This document shows positions 28,277 through 38,315 of a stretch of 64,000 bases of DNA, piece by piece. Source of the stretch: Pseudomonadota bacterium (GTDB lineage Bacteria; Bdellovibrionota_G; JALEGL01; DATDPG01); the NCBI GenBank assembly GCA_043809315.1, contig JAZDDX010000035.1:31921-95920 (forward strand), written 5' to 3'. The translations under genes were made by a program, and so were the position numbers. Numbering within the stretch: position 1 is the first letter of the stretch; every line of letters begins with the position of its first letter. Below the pieces are notes generated by a model. It searched no databases and had not been told where the DNA came from. It worked only from the letters and a program-made list of their open reading frames with translations.

Positions 28277-29617
28277 TCAGACCAGATCGAGAGAGGCGCT
28301 GGCCTCCCGGCAGCTTTCCAGGACTTCACCCCGCTCGGCGCTCCGCTCCGCCATTCGGGCTCGGAGAGCTTCGAGAACCGCGCGGTTGTTTCGTAACACC
28401 GCCGCCGCGTCTTTCCGCTTGAGACAGAACAGCTCGGAGTCCGTCACAGCAGAAACCTTTGCCGTACGGGGTTTCCCGGTCAGCATGGCGACTTCTCCGA
28501 AATAATCCCCCGGTCCGAGTTCCCCGATGACGACGTGGCTCTTTCCATGCTGCGAGGTAACAACGAACTTCCCCGATCGGATGAAGAACATCTTGTCCCC
28601 CTCGGTCTTCTCCTCCATGACCGTTTCTCCCGTCTTCACCCGGCGGGGGGTGACCAGGCAGGAGAGCTTTTCCCGCTCGGTCGCGGAGAGGACCCGGAAG
28701 ACGGTGGAACGCGAGAAGATCGTGTCCATCACACGTTTCCGAAGATACACGTCGAGAATCGTCCAGATCTGCGGATGGCGATCCGCGATCGCGAAGATGT
28801 CCCGCGCGCTGATTTCGAGAAGTTCCAACTCCGTAACGGCCCGGACCGACGCATTCCGCGAGGTGTGCATGATCAGACTGTACTCGCCGAAAAAGTCCCC
28901 TCCCGAAAGACGGGCCAAGACCAGCGGGGAACCGTCCGGTTGACGCACGCTCACTTCGACGGTTCCCTCGGAGATCAGGAACATCGAGTCCCCGGCATCC
29001 CCTTCCTCGCAAACGTACGCCTGGGGGGGCACGCGACGAACCGCGAATCGCTCCAGAACGGCGCTCAGTTCGTCCGGTTGCAGGTCGGAGAAGAGGGGGA
29101 TTTTTTTACTTCCGGTGACCGGCTCTCCCCGTTCGACCGGGGATGGTTCGATCAGATCGGTCGTAAGCTCGATGGGCTCGCGCGGAGGAACGCCGCTGAT
29201 GGTACGTGCGCCCCGCGCTTCCGCTTGCGCAGCCGGGGCTTTCTGCCGTGCGGAGCAGAGTTCGCTGAGCTTTTTTTTCGCCGCTTCGTCGTCCGGGTCG
29301 AGTTCGAGGATCATCTTGCTGATCGCGATCCCCTTCGCCCAGAACCTCTCATTGGAATAACTATCGGCGACCTTCTTGTAGAATTCGATGGCGTCGTCGA
29401 TCCGCCCCAACCGTTTGTGAAGATCCGCGATCCGCTGCCCGATCCGGGGGTCGAATGGACCGATCCGGTCCGCTTCCAGGTACAACTCCAGCGCTTTTTC
29501 CCACTTCAGTTCCTGGTAACAGGCGTCCGCCTTGTCGCGCACCTTCCGCGCTTTCGGAACGATCTGGCGAACCCCGGACATCGCTGCGAGTTTATGGGCG
29601 CCCGCCGCGTCTGGCAA
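28277..29617 (-). CDS. TPR-repeat protein with two cyclic-nucleotide-binding (cNMP/CAP-family) domains
   Basis: N-terminal TPR region. Two CAP-effector domains with the conserved FGE...A motif (DFFGEYSLIMHTSRNASVRAV and DYFGEVAMLTGKPRTAKVSAV). Begins 15 nt after the ftsZ stop, same strand. Confidence 0.7.
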   Translation of the reverse strand: MPDAAGAHKLAAMSGVRQIVPKARKVRDKADACYQELKWEKALELYLEADRIGPFDPRIGQRIADLHKRLGRIDDAIEFYKKVADSYSNERFWAKGIAISKMILELDPDDEAAKKKLSELCSARQKAPAAQAEARGARTISGVPPREPIELTTDLIEPSPVERGEPVTGSKKIPLFSDLQPDELSAVLERFAVRRVPPQAYVCEEGDAGDSMFLISEGTVEVSVRQPDGSPLVLARLSGGDFFGEYSLIMHTSRNASVRAVTELELLEISARDIFAIADRHPQIWTILDVYLRKRVMDTIFSRSTVFRVLSATEREKLSCLVTPRRVKTGETVMEEKTEGDKMFFIRSGKFVVTSQHGKSHVVIGELGPGDYFGEVAMLTGKPRTAKVSAVTDSELFCLKRKDAAAVLRNNRAVLEALRARMAERSAERGEVLESCREASASLDLV

Positions 29618-29631
29618 GTTGCGTCGGCAGG

Positions 29632-30846
29632 CTAGTCCACCTGCTTGCGCAGAAAGGTCGGGATGTCGTACTCGTCCTCCTCGAAGGCATCCAGGCCGAG
29701 TTCCTTCGACCGTTTCCGGAACTCGAGCGGATCGACGTCGCGCAGTTTCACGACCGGCATGCCGACGCTCTCGTCTTCCAGCCTCCCCACGTGTTGCACG
29801 GGCGCCCTCGGCTTCACGAGCTCCCGCGGGTAGGTGATCCTCGGTTCCTCTTTCGCCAGCTTCCCGAATCCGGTCGCGATCACCGTGATCCGGATCCCGT
29901 CCCCCATCCGCTCGTCGATCACGGCGCCGAAGATGATGTTCGCCTCCTCATGCGATGCCTCCTGGATCATCACCGCCGCGTCGTTTACCTCGTGCAGCGT
30001 CAGGTTCGAGCTGCCGGTGATGTTGAGCAGGACGCCGGTCGCCCCGTTGATGTCGATGTCCTCGAGCAGCGGCGACGAAATCGCCCGCTGGGCCGATTCC
30101 AACGCCCTCCGCTCACCGGAGGCCTGCCCCGTCCCCATCATCGCCATCCCCTGCCCATTCATGATCGTCCGGACATCGGCGAAATCGAGGTTGATGAGCC
30201 CCGGAATCGTGATCAGATCGCTGATCCCGCGCACCGCCTGCAGGAGAACCTCGTTCGCCTTCTTGAAAGCGTCGAGGATCGAGGTCGTCTCCCCCGCGAT
30301 GTTGATGAGGCGCTGGTTCGGAATCACGATCAGCGTGTCGACCGCGTTCTTGAGCTCGTGAATCCCCTGCTCGGCTTGAAGTTTTCGCTTCTTCCCCTCG
30401 AAGACGAACGGTTTGGTCACGACCCCGACGGTGAGCGCCCCAACCTCTTTCGCGATCTGCGCGATGATCGGCGCCCCGCCCGTCCCGGTGCCTCCCCCCA
30501 TTCCGGCCGTGATGAAGACCATGTCGGCTCCCGACAGGACTTCCGCGATCCGGTCCCGGTCCTCGAGCGCCGCTTCCCGCCCGATTTCGGGGTTCGCCCC
30601 GGCCCCCAACCCCTTCGTGACGGATGCGCCCAGCTGCACCAGGTTCTCGGCGCTCGATGCGTTCAAGGCCTGCAGGTCGGTGTTGGCGGCAAAGAACTCC
30701 ACGCCGGTCAATCCTTCCGAAATCATCGTGTTGACCGCGTTCCCTCCCCCGCCTCCGATCCCGATCACCTTGATCTTCGCTACGTTCTTCACATCTTCAT
30801 CAAATTCGAACATTTCCGTTTCTCCTCTCGTTCGTAAGGTTTTCAA
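29632..30846 (-). CDS. ftsZ: Cell division GTPase FtsZ
   Basis: Tubulin signature GGGTGTG, T7 loop NxDxxD, and the C-terminal conserved peptide (DIPTFLRKQ). The start may be the internal MFEFDED at 30813. Confidence 0.95.
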   Translation of the reverse strand: MKTLRTRGETEMFEFDEDVKNVAKIKVIGIGGGGGNAVNTMISEGLTGVEFFAANTDLQALNASSAENLVQLGASVTKGLGAGANPEIGREAALEDRDRIAEVLSGADMVFITAGMGGGTGTGGAPIIAQIAKEVGALTVGVVTKPFVFEGKKRKLQAEQGIHELKNAVDTLIVIPNQRLINIAGETTSILDAFKKANEVLLQAVRGISDLITIPGLINLDFADVRTIMNGQGMAMMGTGQASGERRALESAQRAISSPLLEDIDINGATGVLLNITGSSNLTLHEVNDAAVMIQEASHEEANIIFGAVIDERMGDGIRITVIATGFGKLAKEEPRITYPRELVKPRAPVQHVGRLEDESVGMPVVKLRDVDPLEFRKRSKELGLDAFEEDEYDIPTFLRKQVD

Positions 30847-30858
30847 AATCGCCCGGCT

Positions 30859-32088
30859 CTAAAAGAACTCCCCGAACCACTCGCGCATCCGGCCTCGCAC
30901 CTTGGCGTAGACATTCGTTTCCCGAACCCGGAACTTCGACGTCGCCGCCGTCTGCCGGCTCCCGTACTGCGTCAAGCCCACCGCTGTGGCGTAGATCGGA
31001 CTCGACACCACGTCGACCAGTCCGCCGAACCCGTGGGGAACCCCTCGCCGAGCCGGCATCTCGAACACCTTCTCCGCCAACTCGGGGGCCCCCGGTAAGA
31101 TCGAACACCCCCCCGTCAGGACGACCCCCGATGCCAGAAGCTCCGCAAGACCCAGTTTGTCCAGCTCCCGCTTCGTCAACGCGAAGATCTCCTCCATCCG
31201 CGGCTCGATGATCTCCGCCAGCAGCTGCCGCGAAATCGTGCGCGGCTGGCGCCCCCCGACGCTCGGCACCTCGATCGTCTCCTCATGCGAGACCATTCCG
31301 GTCATCGCACAGCCGTATTCGTGCTTGATCTTCTCGGCCTCGACCGTCGGCGTCCGGATCCCCACCGCAATGTCGTTCGTCAGGTGGTTCCCTCCGAGCG
31401 CCAGAACCGCCGTGTGTTTGATCGCGCCGTGCACGTAGACGACGAGGTCGGTCGTCCCCCCCCCCATGTCGATCAACGCCACCCCAAGATCCTTCTCGTC
31501 CTGAGTCAGGACCGATTCGGCGGACGCGAGCTGCTCGAGAACGATGTCGGCGACGTTCAGCCCGCAACGGTTGCAGCACTTCACGATGTTCTGCGCGGAG
31601 GTGACCGCCCCGGTCACGATGTGCACTTTCGCCTCGAGGCGAACCCCCGACATCCCGATCGGGTCGCGGACACCGTCCTGTTCATCGACGACGTACTCCT
31701 GCGGAAGGACGTGCAGTACCTCCCGGTCCATCGGGACCGCGACCGCTTTCGCGGCGTCGATCACGCGCTCAACGTCCGCCCCCCGCACCTCCGAATCCTT
31801 TACCGCCACCACGCCGTGGCTGTTGAATCCGCGAATGTGTCCGCCGGCGATCCCGGCGAAGACCGAGTGGATCTCGCACCCGGCCATCAGTTCCGCCTCC
31901 GCGACCGCTTTTTCGATCGACGCGACGGTGGAGTCGATGTTGATCACGACCCCTTTCCGTAAACCCCGTGACGGGTGCGTTCCGATCCCGACGATGTCCA
32001 GCCCGTGCGACGTCATCTCCCCGACCATCGCGCAGATCTTCGTGGTCCCGATGTCGAGCCCCACGATCAAGTTATCCCTCTTTCCCAT
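30859..32088 (-). CDS. ftsA: Cell division protein FtsA
   Basis: Actin-fold ATPase ([18 protein letters not shown]..., DMGGGTTDL). Start taken at MGKRDN. Confidence 0.9.
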   Translation of the reverse strand: MGKRDNLIVGLDIGTTKICAMVGEMTSHGLDIVGIGTHPSRGLRKGVVINIDSTVASIEKAVAEAELMAGCEIHSVFAGIAGGHIRGFNSHGVVAVKDSEVRGADVERVIDAAKAVAVPMDREVLHVLPQEYVVDEQDGVRDPIGMSGVRLEAKVHIVTGAVTSAQNIVKCCNRCGLNVADIVLEQLASAESVLTQDEKDLGVALIDMGGGTTDLVVYVHGAIKHTAVLALGGNHLTNDIAVGIRTPTVEAEKIKHEYGCAMTGMVSHEETIEVPSVGGRQPRTISRQLLAEIIEPRMEEIFALTKRELDKLGLAELLASGVVLTGGCSILPGAPELAEKVFEMPARRGVPHGFGGLVDVVSSPIYATAVGLTQYGSRQTAATSKFRVRETNVYAKVRGRMREWFGEFF

Positions 32089-32101
32089 ATATCCTCCCTT
32101 G

Positions 32102-32842
32102 TTACTTTCTGATTTTGACGATCGCGCGATCCCGAAAACCGAGATCAAGTTCCCGCACGACCCCCTCTTTCCCTTTCAAATCTTGAAGCACCCGCACCAA
32201 TCGCTTCATCTTCTCGCCGAAGAGATCCCAGCCGATCACGGCCGGCGTTTTCGTGTTCATCCGATAGAGGATCCAGCCGAACGCGGGGTCGAAGTGAATT
32301 TCCGAAATGTCTTTTTCCGCGAAGCCTGCCTGGACCAAAGCATCGCGAATCTCCAAGCCTTCCGTCAGGCGACTGGAAAGGGAGGGAGCGTCTTTCTCCT
32401 TCCACGGACCCGTCAGGACGACGAGTTTCGCCGCCTCCGGGGAACTCGCGTCGGCCGCTTCCAGGACGTTCCCGTCGCGATCGACGAAGTGGAGGCGATC
32501 GAGGTTCACGAGCGCCGCGACCTTCCGTTCCGCCACGCGCACGACAATCTGTCCGGTCACGTCCCGTGCGACCGTCACCCGCTCCAGCCTCGGGTGAAGA
32601 GCCATTTTCTTGAGCGCCTCGTCCCGCCATCGGCCGAAGAGCGGTCCCCCCTCCTGGATGCCGCTCAGTGCCTGAACTTCGATCTTCGAAAGCGCCTTCG
32701 CCCCCTGCACGTGAAGGTTCCGGACCGTGAACGGGATCTTTCTCTCCAGCTCACGGATGAAACGCGGGAGAAAAACGGTTGCCGCGATCGCGAAACCGAT
32801 CGCCATCGGAGCGAACCATCTGGGAGAACGCTTTCTTCTCAT
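32102..32842 (-). CDS. ftsQ: Cell division protein FtsQ/DivIB
   Basis: TM segment followed by POTRA and beta domains. Start MRRKRSPRWF (ATG 32842 verified) overlaps the ddl stop as ATGA. Confidence 0.75.
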   Translation of the reverse strand: MRRKRSPRWFAPMAIGFAIAATVFLPRFIRELERKIPFTVRNLHVQGAKALSKIEVQALSGIQEGGPLFGRWRDEALKKMALHPRLERVTVARDVTGQIVVRVAERKVAALVNLDRLHFVDRDGNVLEAADASSPEAAKLVVLTGPWKEKDAPSLSSRLTEGLEIRDALVQAGFAEKDISEIHFDPAFGWILYRMNTKTPAVIGWDLFGEKMKRLVRVLQDLKGKEGVVRELDLGFRDRAIVKIRK

Positions 32843-33792
32843 CCCTTCGCTTCCCCCATGTCGATCTTGAGCCGCGCATCCTGGAGGATCGTTTCGACCA
32901 GCGATTCGAATGTTCCCCCCTCGGCGCGCCACGCTTTCGGAACCAGTGAAGTTTCCGTCATCCCGGGAACCGTGTTCACCTCGAGAACCCAGGGGATCCC
33001 CTCTTCATACAGAAGGTCGACCCTCCCCCACGATTCGCACTGAACCGCCGCGAATGCCTTCTTCGCCTCCGTCTGCGCGATCCGGACGACGTCGTCGGTC
33101 ACGCGTGCGGGACAGAAGTACTCGGTCATCCCTTTCGTGTATTTCGACTCGTAGTCGTACAACCCCTTCTTGGGAACGATCTCGATCGGCGGAAGAGGTT
33201 TGTTTCCAACGAAGCTGACGGTCAGCTCCGTTCCCCCGATGAACTTTTCCCAGAGAACCGTCTCGTCGAATCCGAGAGCCGTCCGGTGCGCCTTTTCGAT
33301 CTCCGATTCCTTTCGGACGACCGTCAGGCCGAGCGTCGATCCCTCGTTCGCCGGCTTCGCGACCGCCGGAAGGCCGACTTTTTTCACGATCGCATCACGC
33401 AAGTCGGCCGGTTTCCACTCCTTCCCCGCCGCCACCCACGGAGGAGTCCGCACGCCGGCTTCCTCGAACAACCGCTTCGTCATGACCTTGTCCATCGCAA
33501 CCGCGCTCCCCAGAACGCCGGAACCGGTGTACGGGATCTTCAAGAACTCCAGGAGCCCCTGGATCGTCCCGTCCTCCCCGTACCGTCCGTGCAGCGCAAT
33601 TAGCGCTACCTCGATCCGCTCCTTCCGGAGCTGCTCGGCGATATCATGACCGGCGTCGATTTCCGTGACGTGGGAATATCCGAGGATTCGGAGCGCCTGC
33701 GCCATCGCTCTCCCGCTTCGAAATGAAATTTCCCGCTCCTTCGAAAGTCCTCCGAGAAGCACGGCGATCCGCTTGTCTTTCGAAACCTTCAT
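32839..33792 (-). CDS. ddl: D-alanine--D-alanine ligase
   Basis: 317 aa; ATP-grasp Ddl motifs (HGRYGEDGTIQGLLE, EVNTVPGMT). ATG 33792 verified. ATGA overlap with murB. Confidence 0.9.
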   Translation of the reverse strand: MKVSKDKRIAVLLGGLSKEREISFRSGRAMAQALRILGYSHVTEIDAGHDIAEQLRKERIEVALIALHGRYGEDGTIQGLLEFLKIPYTGSGVLGSAVAMDKVMTKRLFEEAGVRTPPWVAAGKEWKPADLRDAIVKKVGLPAVAKPANEGSTLGLTVVRKESEIEKAHRTALGFDETVLWEKFIGGTELTVSFVGNKPLPPIEIVPKKGLYDYESKYTKGMTEYFCPARVTDDVVRIAQTEAKKAFAAVQCESWGRVDLLYEEGIPWVLEVNTVPGMTETSLVPKAWRAEGGTFESLVETILQDARLKIDMGEAKG

Positions 33793-34721
33793 GATTCCAC
33801 CCCGATCCAATGGACTTCCGCCTCGAGATCGACGTTGAAACGCTTCCTCACTTCGTCGCGCGCCCGCGCCATCAGCGCCAGGACATCGGCGCTCTTCGCA
33901 TTCCCGAGATTCACGATGAAGTTCGCATGCTGTTTCGAGATTTCCGCCCCCCCGATCCGGAGACCTTTCAAGCCCGCTGCCTCGATCAACCTTCCGGCGT
34001 GATCCCCCGGCGGATTCTTGAAGACCGATCCGAAGTTCGGGAGATCGAGTGGTTGATTTTTCCGCTTCTCTTTGGCCGCCCCGATTTCGGTCTCGACTTC
34101 GTTCGGCGTTCCTCGTTGGAGCGTCAGGTGCGCCGCCGTGATCACCAGCGAATCCCCTTTCGGAAAATCTCGGTAGCGAAAGTCCGCGGGTCCGGTTGCG
34201 ATCGAAACCGATCCGCCATCTCGGTCGACCCCTTCGACCCGCTCCACGAGCTGGCCGTACCAACCGAGCGGGGTTCCCGCATTCATCCGGACCCCCCCTC
34301 CGATCGTGCCGGGGATTCCGAACGCCCAGCCAAAGCCGGTCAGATTTCGTTCCCGGGCCCATTGGAGGAGGGTGCTGTTCAAAACCCCCGCTCCCGCGCG
34401 CACCCGGACCCGTTTCTCTTCCTCTTTCACCATCTGGATTTTCGAAAACCCGGCACTCAAGTCGATCAAGACCCCGGGGAACCCACCGTCCAACACCAGG
34501 AGGTTCGATCCGCGCCCGATCACCGCCCAGTCTTTTCCCCGTTCGAGGTGCCGGCGAGCGAACCATCGGATCAAAGCGGCCAGTTCCTCGGCTCCCGCCG
34601 GTGTCGCGATGGCAGCGACGTGAGCCGAACAACGGAACGTCGTCCAGTCCCGGAGCGAGGGGTCCTCCAGAATTCGACCCGGGCAGAGAGCCGCAAGCTC
34701 TTTCATAAGCTCCGGCTTCAT
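33789..34721 (-). CDS. murB: UDP-N-acetylenolpyruvoylglucosamine reductase
   Basis: 310 aa; FAD-binding domain (GRGSNLLV) and MurB C-terminal domain. ATG 34721 verified. Confidence 0.9.
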   Translation of the reverse strand: MKPELMKELAALCPGRILEDPSLRDWTTFRCSAHVAAIATPAGAEELAALIRWFARRHLERGKDWAVIGRGSNLLVLDGGFPGVLIDLSAGFSKIQMVKEEEKRVRVRAGAGVLNSTLLQWARERNLTGFGWAFGIPGTIGGGVRMNAGTPLGWYGQLVERVEGVDRDGGSVSIATGPADFRYRDFPKGDSLVITAAHLTLQRGTPNEVETEIGAAKEKRKNQPLDLPNFGSVFKNPPGDHAGRLIEAAGLKGLRIGGAEISKQHANFIVNLGNAKSADVLALMARARDEVRKRFNVDLEAEVHWIGVES

Positions 34722-36097
34722 TTGCGCGTCCTCCGAAGGAGCCCCAGGATCAACGGTCCCGCTTTCGTGACATCCCCCGCTCCCATGGTCGCGATCAGAT
34801 CTCCGGCAGCCGCCGTCTGGCAGAGGGCGGTGATCCCCTCCTCCAACGACGCGACGTATTTCGCCCGAACCTTCCCCCGTTGCGCGATTTCTTTCGTCAA
34901 CCGCTCCGCATCGACACCGACGATCGGCTTTTCGCTCGCCGCGTAGATCGGCATCATGAACAGTTCGTCCGCGCCGTCGAACGCGACCAGAAACCGATCC
35001 CAAAGATCCCCCACGCGCGTGAATCGGTGTGGCTGAAACAGGATCCTCACCTTCCCGGTTCCCGCTATCGCGCGCAACGCTTCGATCGTCGCCACGATCT
35101 CCGTCGGATGGTGGGCGTAGTCGTCCACCACGCGGATTTCGTGCACGCTTCCTTTGACCTCCAGGCGCCGTTCGATCCCGGCGAATCCGGCCAGCCCCTC
35201 GACGATCTTTCCCGACTCGGCCCCGATGTGACGACAGACCGCGAACGAGGCGAGAGCGTTCCAGATATTGTGTCGCCCCGGAATCGGAAGCTCGACCGGA
35301 CCGAACTTCTCCTCCCCCCGGACAATCGAAAACCTCGAGCCATTGGCCGTAAGCTCGATCCCGACGGCCCGCAGATCGGTTTCCTTGTCGATCCCGTACG
35401 TCACGACCGGCTTTTCGATCATCGGAAGAATCGCGGAGGCCCCAGGGTCGTCGGCACAGATCGCGACGATCCCGTCGAACGAAACGCGGTTCGCGAAGTC
35501 GACAAACGCCTGTTCCAGCTTCGCGTACGATCCGTAATGGTCGAGGTGTTCCCGGTCGACGTTCGTGATCACCGCGACGGCGGGAAGGAGGCGCAAGAAC
35601 GACCCGTCGCTTTCGTCGCTTTCCGCCACGAACCACTCGTCGGTCCCGATCTTGGCATTCCCGGAAATCTGTTTTAGGCGTCCGCCGATCACCGCGGTCG
35701 GGTCGAAGCCCGCCTTCAAGAGGATCGTCATGATCATCGCGCTCGTGGTGGTCTTGCCGTGCGCCCCAGCCACGACGATCGAATGTTTCATCCGCATCAG
35801 CTCCGCGAGCATTTCCGCCCGCGGAATCACCGGAATCTTTCGCCGTTTCGCTTCCAGGATCTCCGGATTGTTCGGCGGCACCGCCGAGGAGTAGACGACC
35901 GCCCGGGCGTCCGGGACGTTCTCGGCGCGATGGCTCCCGAAGATCGTCGCCCCCAACGACTTGAGCTTCTCCGTTTCGGCGTTCGTGCGGAGATCGCTTC
36001 CGGAGACGCGATATCCCGACCGGATCAGGATCTCCGCGATCGCGCTCATCCCGATCCCTCCGACCCCGACCAGATGAATCAGCTTCGAAGGGCTCAT
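34718..36097 (-). CDS. murC: UDP-N-acetylmuramate--L-alanine ligase
   Basis: 459 aa; Mur ligase P-loop AGAHGKTTTSAM, DYAHHPTE. Confidence 0.9.
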   Translation of the reverse strand: MSPSKLIHLVGVGGIGMSAIAEILIRSGYRVSGSDLRTNAETEKLKSLGATIFGSHRAENVPDARAVVYSSAVPPNNPEILEAKRRKIPVIPRAEMLAELMRMKHSIVVAGAHGKTTTSAMIMTILLKAGFDPTAVIGGRLKQISGNAKIGTDEWFVAESDESDGSFLRLLPAVAVITNVDREHLDHYGSYAKLEQAFVDFANRVSFDGIVAICADDPGASAILPMIEKPVVTYGIDKETDLRAVGIELTANGSRFSIVRGEEKFGPVELPIPGRHNIWNALASFAVCRHIGAESGKIVEGLAGFAGIERRLEVKGSVHEIRVVDDYAHHPTEIVATIEALRAIAGTGKVRILFQPHRFTRVGDLWDRFLVAFDGADELFMMPIYAASEKPIVGVDAERLTKEIAQRGKVRAKYVASLEEGITALCQTAAAGDLIATMGAGDVTKAGPLILGLLRRTRK

Positions 36098-37173
36098 GCG
36101 TTCCTCGCTTTCCCGGTGGCCAGGTCGGCTGCGATCACGCGGGCGGCATCCGCTCTCCGCAACGAGAGCGCCGCTCCGCTCATCCGCTTGAGCCGCCCCG
36201 GATCCCGCAACAGTTCCCGCAGTTCCATGGAAAGGGTTTTCCCGTCCAGCGCCCCGTCCTCGATCACCAGGGCGGCACCGGCCCGTTCGATGACCCGGGC
36301 GTTTGCGCGTTGATGATCGTCCGCGGCATGCGGGAACGGGACGAGAATCGCGGGACGCCCGCAGGCGGCGATCTCGAGAACGCTCGAACCGGACCGGGCG
36401 ATCACGACATCGCTCGCTCGATAGGCTCCGGCCATGTCGCGGATGAACGGCTGGACGTCGGAGGGAATCCCGTGCTCCCGATACGCCCGCAAAACCCGGT
36501 CGTAGTCGGCCTGCCCCGTCTGATGAATGAAGAAGACCTGTTCTCGCTCCGGCGCGAAATCGGGGAGCATGTCGATCACTGCCTGGTTGATCCGCCGTGC
36601 TCCCTGAGAACCGCCGAAAATCAGGATCCCCCGCTTCTTCCCTTCGAAGGTCGGGGGCGGAACGGCGAGGATCTCGGCGCGGATCGGGTTTCCGCTGACC
36701 ACGCACTTCGTTTCCGGCAGACGTGCTCGAGCTTCGTCGAACGCCACAAAGACCCGGTCGACGAATCGGGCGAGAACCCGGTTGGCAAAGCCAGGGATCG
36801 CGTTCGGTTCGAGGATCGCGGTCCGGTGGTTCGACAAGGCGGCGAGAAGCAGGATCGGCCCCGAGGCGTATCCGCCGATTCCGAAGACCGCCGTCGGGGA
36901 GAAGCGCCGCAGAATCCTCCACGACTGGAGGAAGGCACCCGGAAGAAGCGCCGCATTCGCGATCTTCTCCGCGATCCCTTTCCCCTTGAGCCCCCTCAGC
37001 CGAATCAGCTCGAGACCGTACCCGGTCCCCGGGACGAGATCGTTTTCGAACCCCTTTGCCGTCCCGACGAAGAGGATCGGCGCTTTCTCCTCGAGAAGTC
37101 GGGCCGCGTTGGCGATCGTCAGCGCCGGAATGACGTGCCCACCGGTCCCTCCGGCCGCGAGAAGGAGTTTCAT
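36094..37173 (-). CDS. murG: UDP-GlcNAc:undecaprenyl-PP-MurNAc-pentapeptide GlcNAc transferase
   Basis: 359 aa; GGTGGHVIPAL N-terminal G-loop and GT28 C-terminal domain. Confidence 0.9.
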   Translation of the reverse strand: MKLLLAAGGTGGHVIPALTIANAARLLEEKAPILFVGTAKGFENDLVPGTGYGLELIRLRGLKGKGIAEKIANAALLPGAFLQSWRILRRFSPTAVFGIGGYASGPILLLAALSNHRTAILEPNAIPGFANRVLARFVDRVFVAFDEARARLPETKCVVSGNPIRAEILAVPPPTFEGKKRGILIFGGSQGARRINQAVIDMLPDFAPEREQVFFIHQTGQADYDRVLRAYREHGIPSDVQPFIRDMAGAYRASDVVIARSGSSVLEIAACGRPAILVPFPHAADDHQRANARVIERAGAALVIEDGALDGKTLSMELRELLRDPGRLKRMSGAALSLRRADAARVIAADLATGKARNA

Positions 37174-38315
37174 ACCGGTCTCCTTCGCGCCATCGGTTTC
37201 GACCCTGCGATCGTGGACGAGAGGGAGAGGAGAATCCCGATCGCGATCAACATCGCGATCAGGGAGGAACCGCCGTAACTCACCAGGGGGAGCGTCATCC
37301 CTTTCGTCGGAACGAGCGCCGTTACGACCGCCATGTTGAGAACCGCCTGCGTTCCGATCAGCGTCGTCAAACCCAGCGCCGCCTGGGAGCCGAACGTGTC
37401 CCGGATCTTGAGCGCCAGACGGAACCCCTGGTAGACGATGCAGACGAAGCAGGCGATCACCAGCATGCAACCGAGGATCCCGAGCTCTTCGGCGATCACG
37501 GAGTAGATGAAATCGGTGTGCGCTTCCGGGAGATAGAGAAGCTTCTGCGTCCCGTCCCCCAACCCCTGTCCCTGCAGCCCGCCCCGCTGGAAGGCGACGA
37601 ACGACTGCAGGATCTGGAATCCGCTCCCTTGGGGGTCCCCCCAGGGGTTCAAGAACGCGAGCAGGCGCCTGCGACGGTACCCGGCTCCCTGAATCAGGAA
37701 AAACCCGGAGACCGAAACGAGCGCGGCCAGCCCACCGATGTGCCAGAGACGGGCTCGGGCGACGAAGAGCATCACGAGAACGCAGAGTGCGAGCGCCACG
37801 GCCGTTCCGAAATCGGGCTGCCGCAGAATCAGGAGGAGAACCCCGCCGACGGTCAGCAGGAGAGGCAGAAGCCCCCGGAAGAAGTCTGTAATCCCCTCCC
37901 CTTTCTTCGCGAGGTAGGCTGCCACGTAGAGAAGGAGAAACGGCTTCGCGAACTCCGACGGTTGGAACGTGAAGCCGCGGAAGCTCAGCCATCGAGTCGC
38001 ATGTTTCGCCTCGACCCCGTGCGACGTCAGCGCGGTTACAAGCAGGAGAAGTCCGCAGATCACAAGCCCCGGAAGCGCGGCCGCCTTGAGCCAACGCAGG
38101 TTCAGAAGGAAAACGATCGTCATGGCGACCAGACCGATCGCCCCCGAAAAGAGATGCCGCTTGAGATAGTGCGCGCTGTCCTTGAATTGCTCGGCCGCCG
38201 TGAGCGAGCTCGCGCTGTAGACCATGACCGTGCCGATGACCAAGAGAACCATCACCGCCGTCAGGACGACGGGGTTGACGTGCGCGAATTTGGCCCATCG
38301 GGTGGTCCGGTTCAT
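37170..38315 (-). CDS. ftsW: Peptidoglycan glycosyltransferase FtsW (SEDS family)
   Basis: 381 aa; 10-TM SEDS topology, conserved FQPSEFAK and LPEAHTDFI motifs. Confidence 0.9.
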   Translation of the reverse strand: MNRTTRWAKFAHVNPVVLTAVMVLLVIGTVMVYSASSLTAAEQFKDSAHYLKRHLFSGAIGLVAMTIVFLLNLRWLKAAALPGLVICGLLLLVTALTSHGVEAKHATRWLSFRGFTFQPSEFAKPFLLLYVAAYLAKKGEGITDFFRGLLPLLLTVGGVLLLILRQPDFGTAVALALCVLVMLFVARARLWHIGGLAALVSVSGFFLIQGAGYRRRRLLAFLNPWGDPQGSGFQILQSFVAFQRGGLQGQGLGDGTQKLLYLPEAHTDFIYSVIAEELGILGCMLVIACFVCIVYQGFRLALKIRDTFGSQAALGLTTLIGTQAVLNMAVVTALVPTKGMTLPLVSYGGSSLIAMLIAIGILLSLSSTIAGSKPMARRRPV

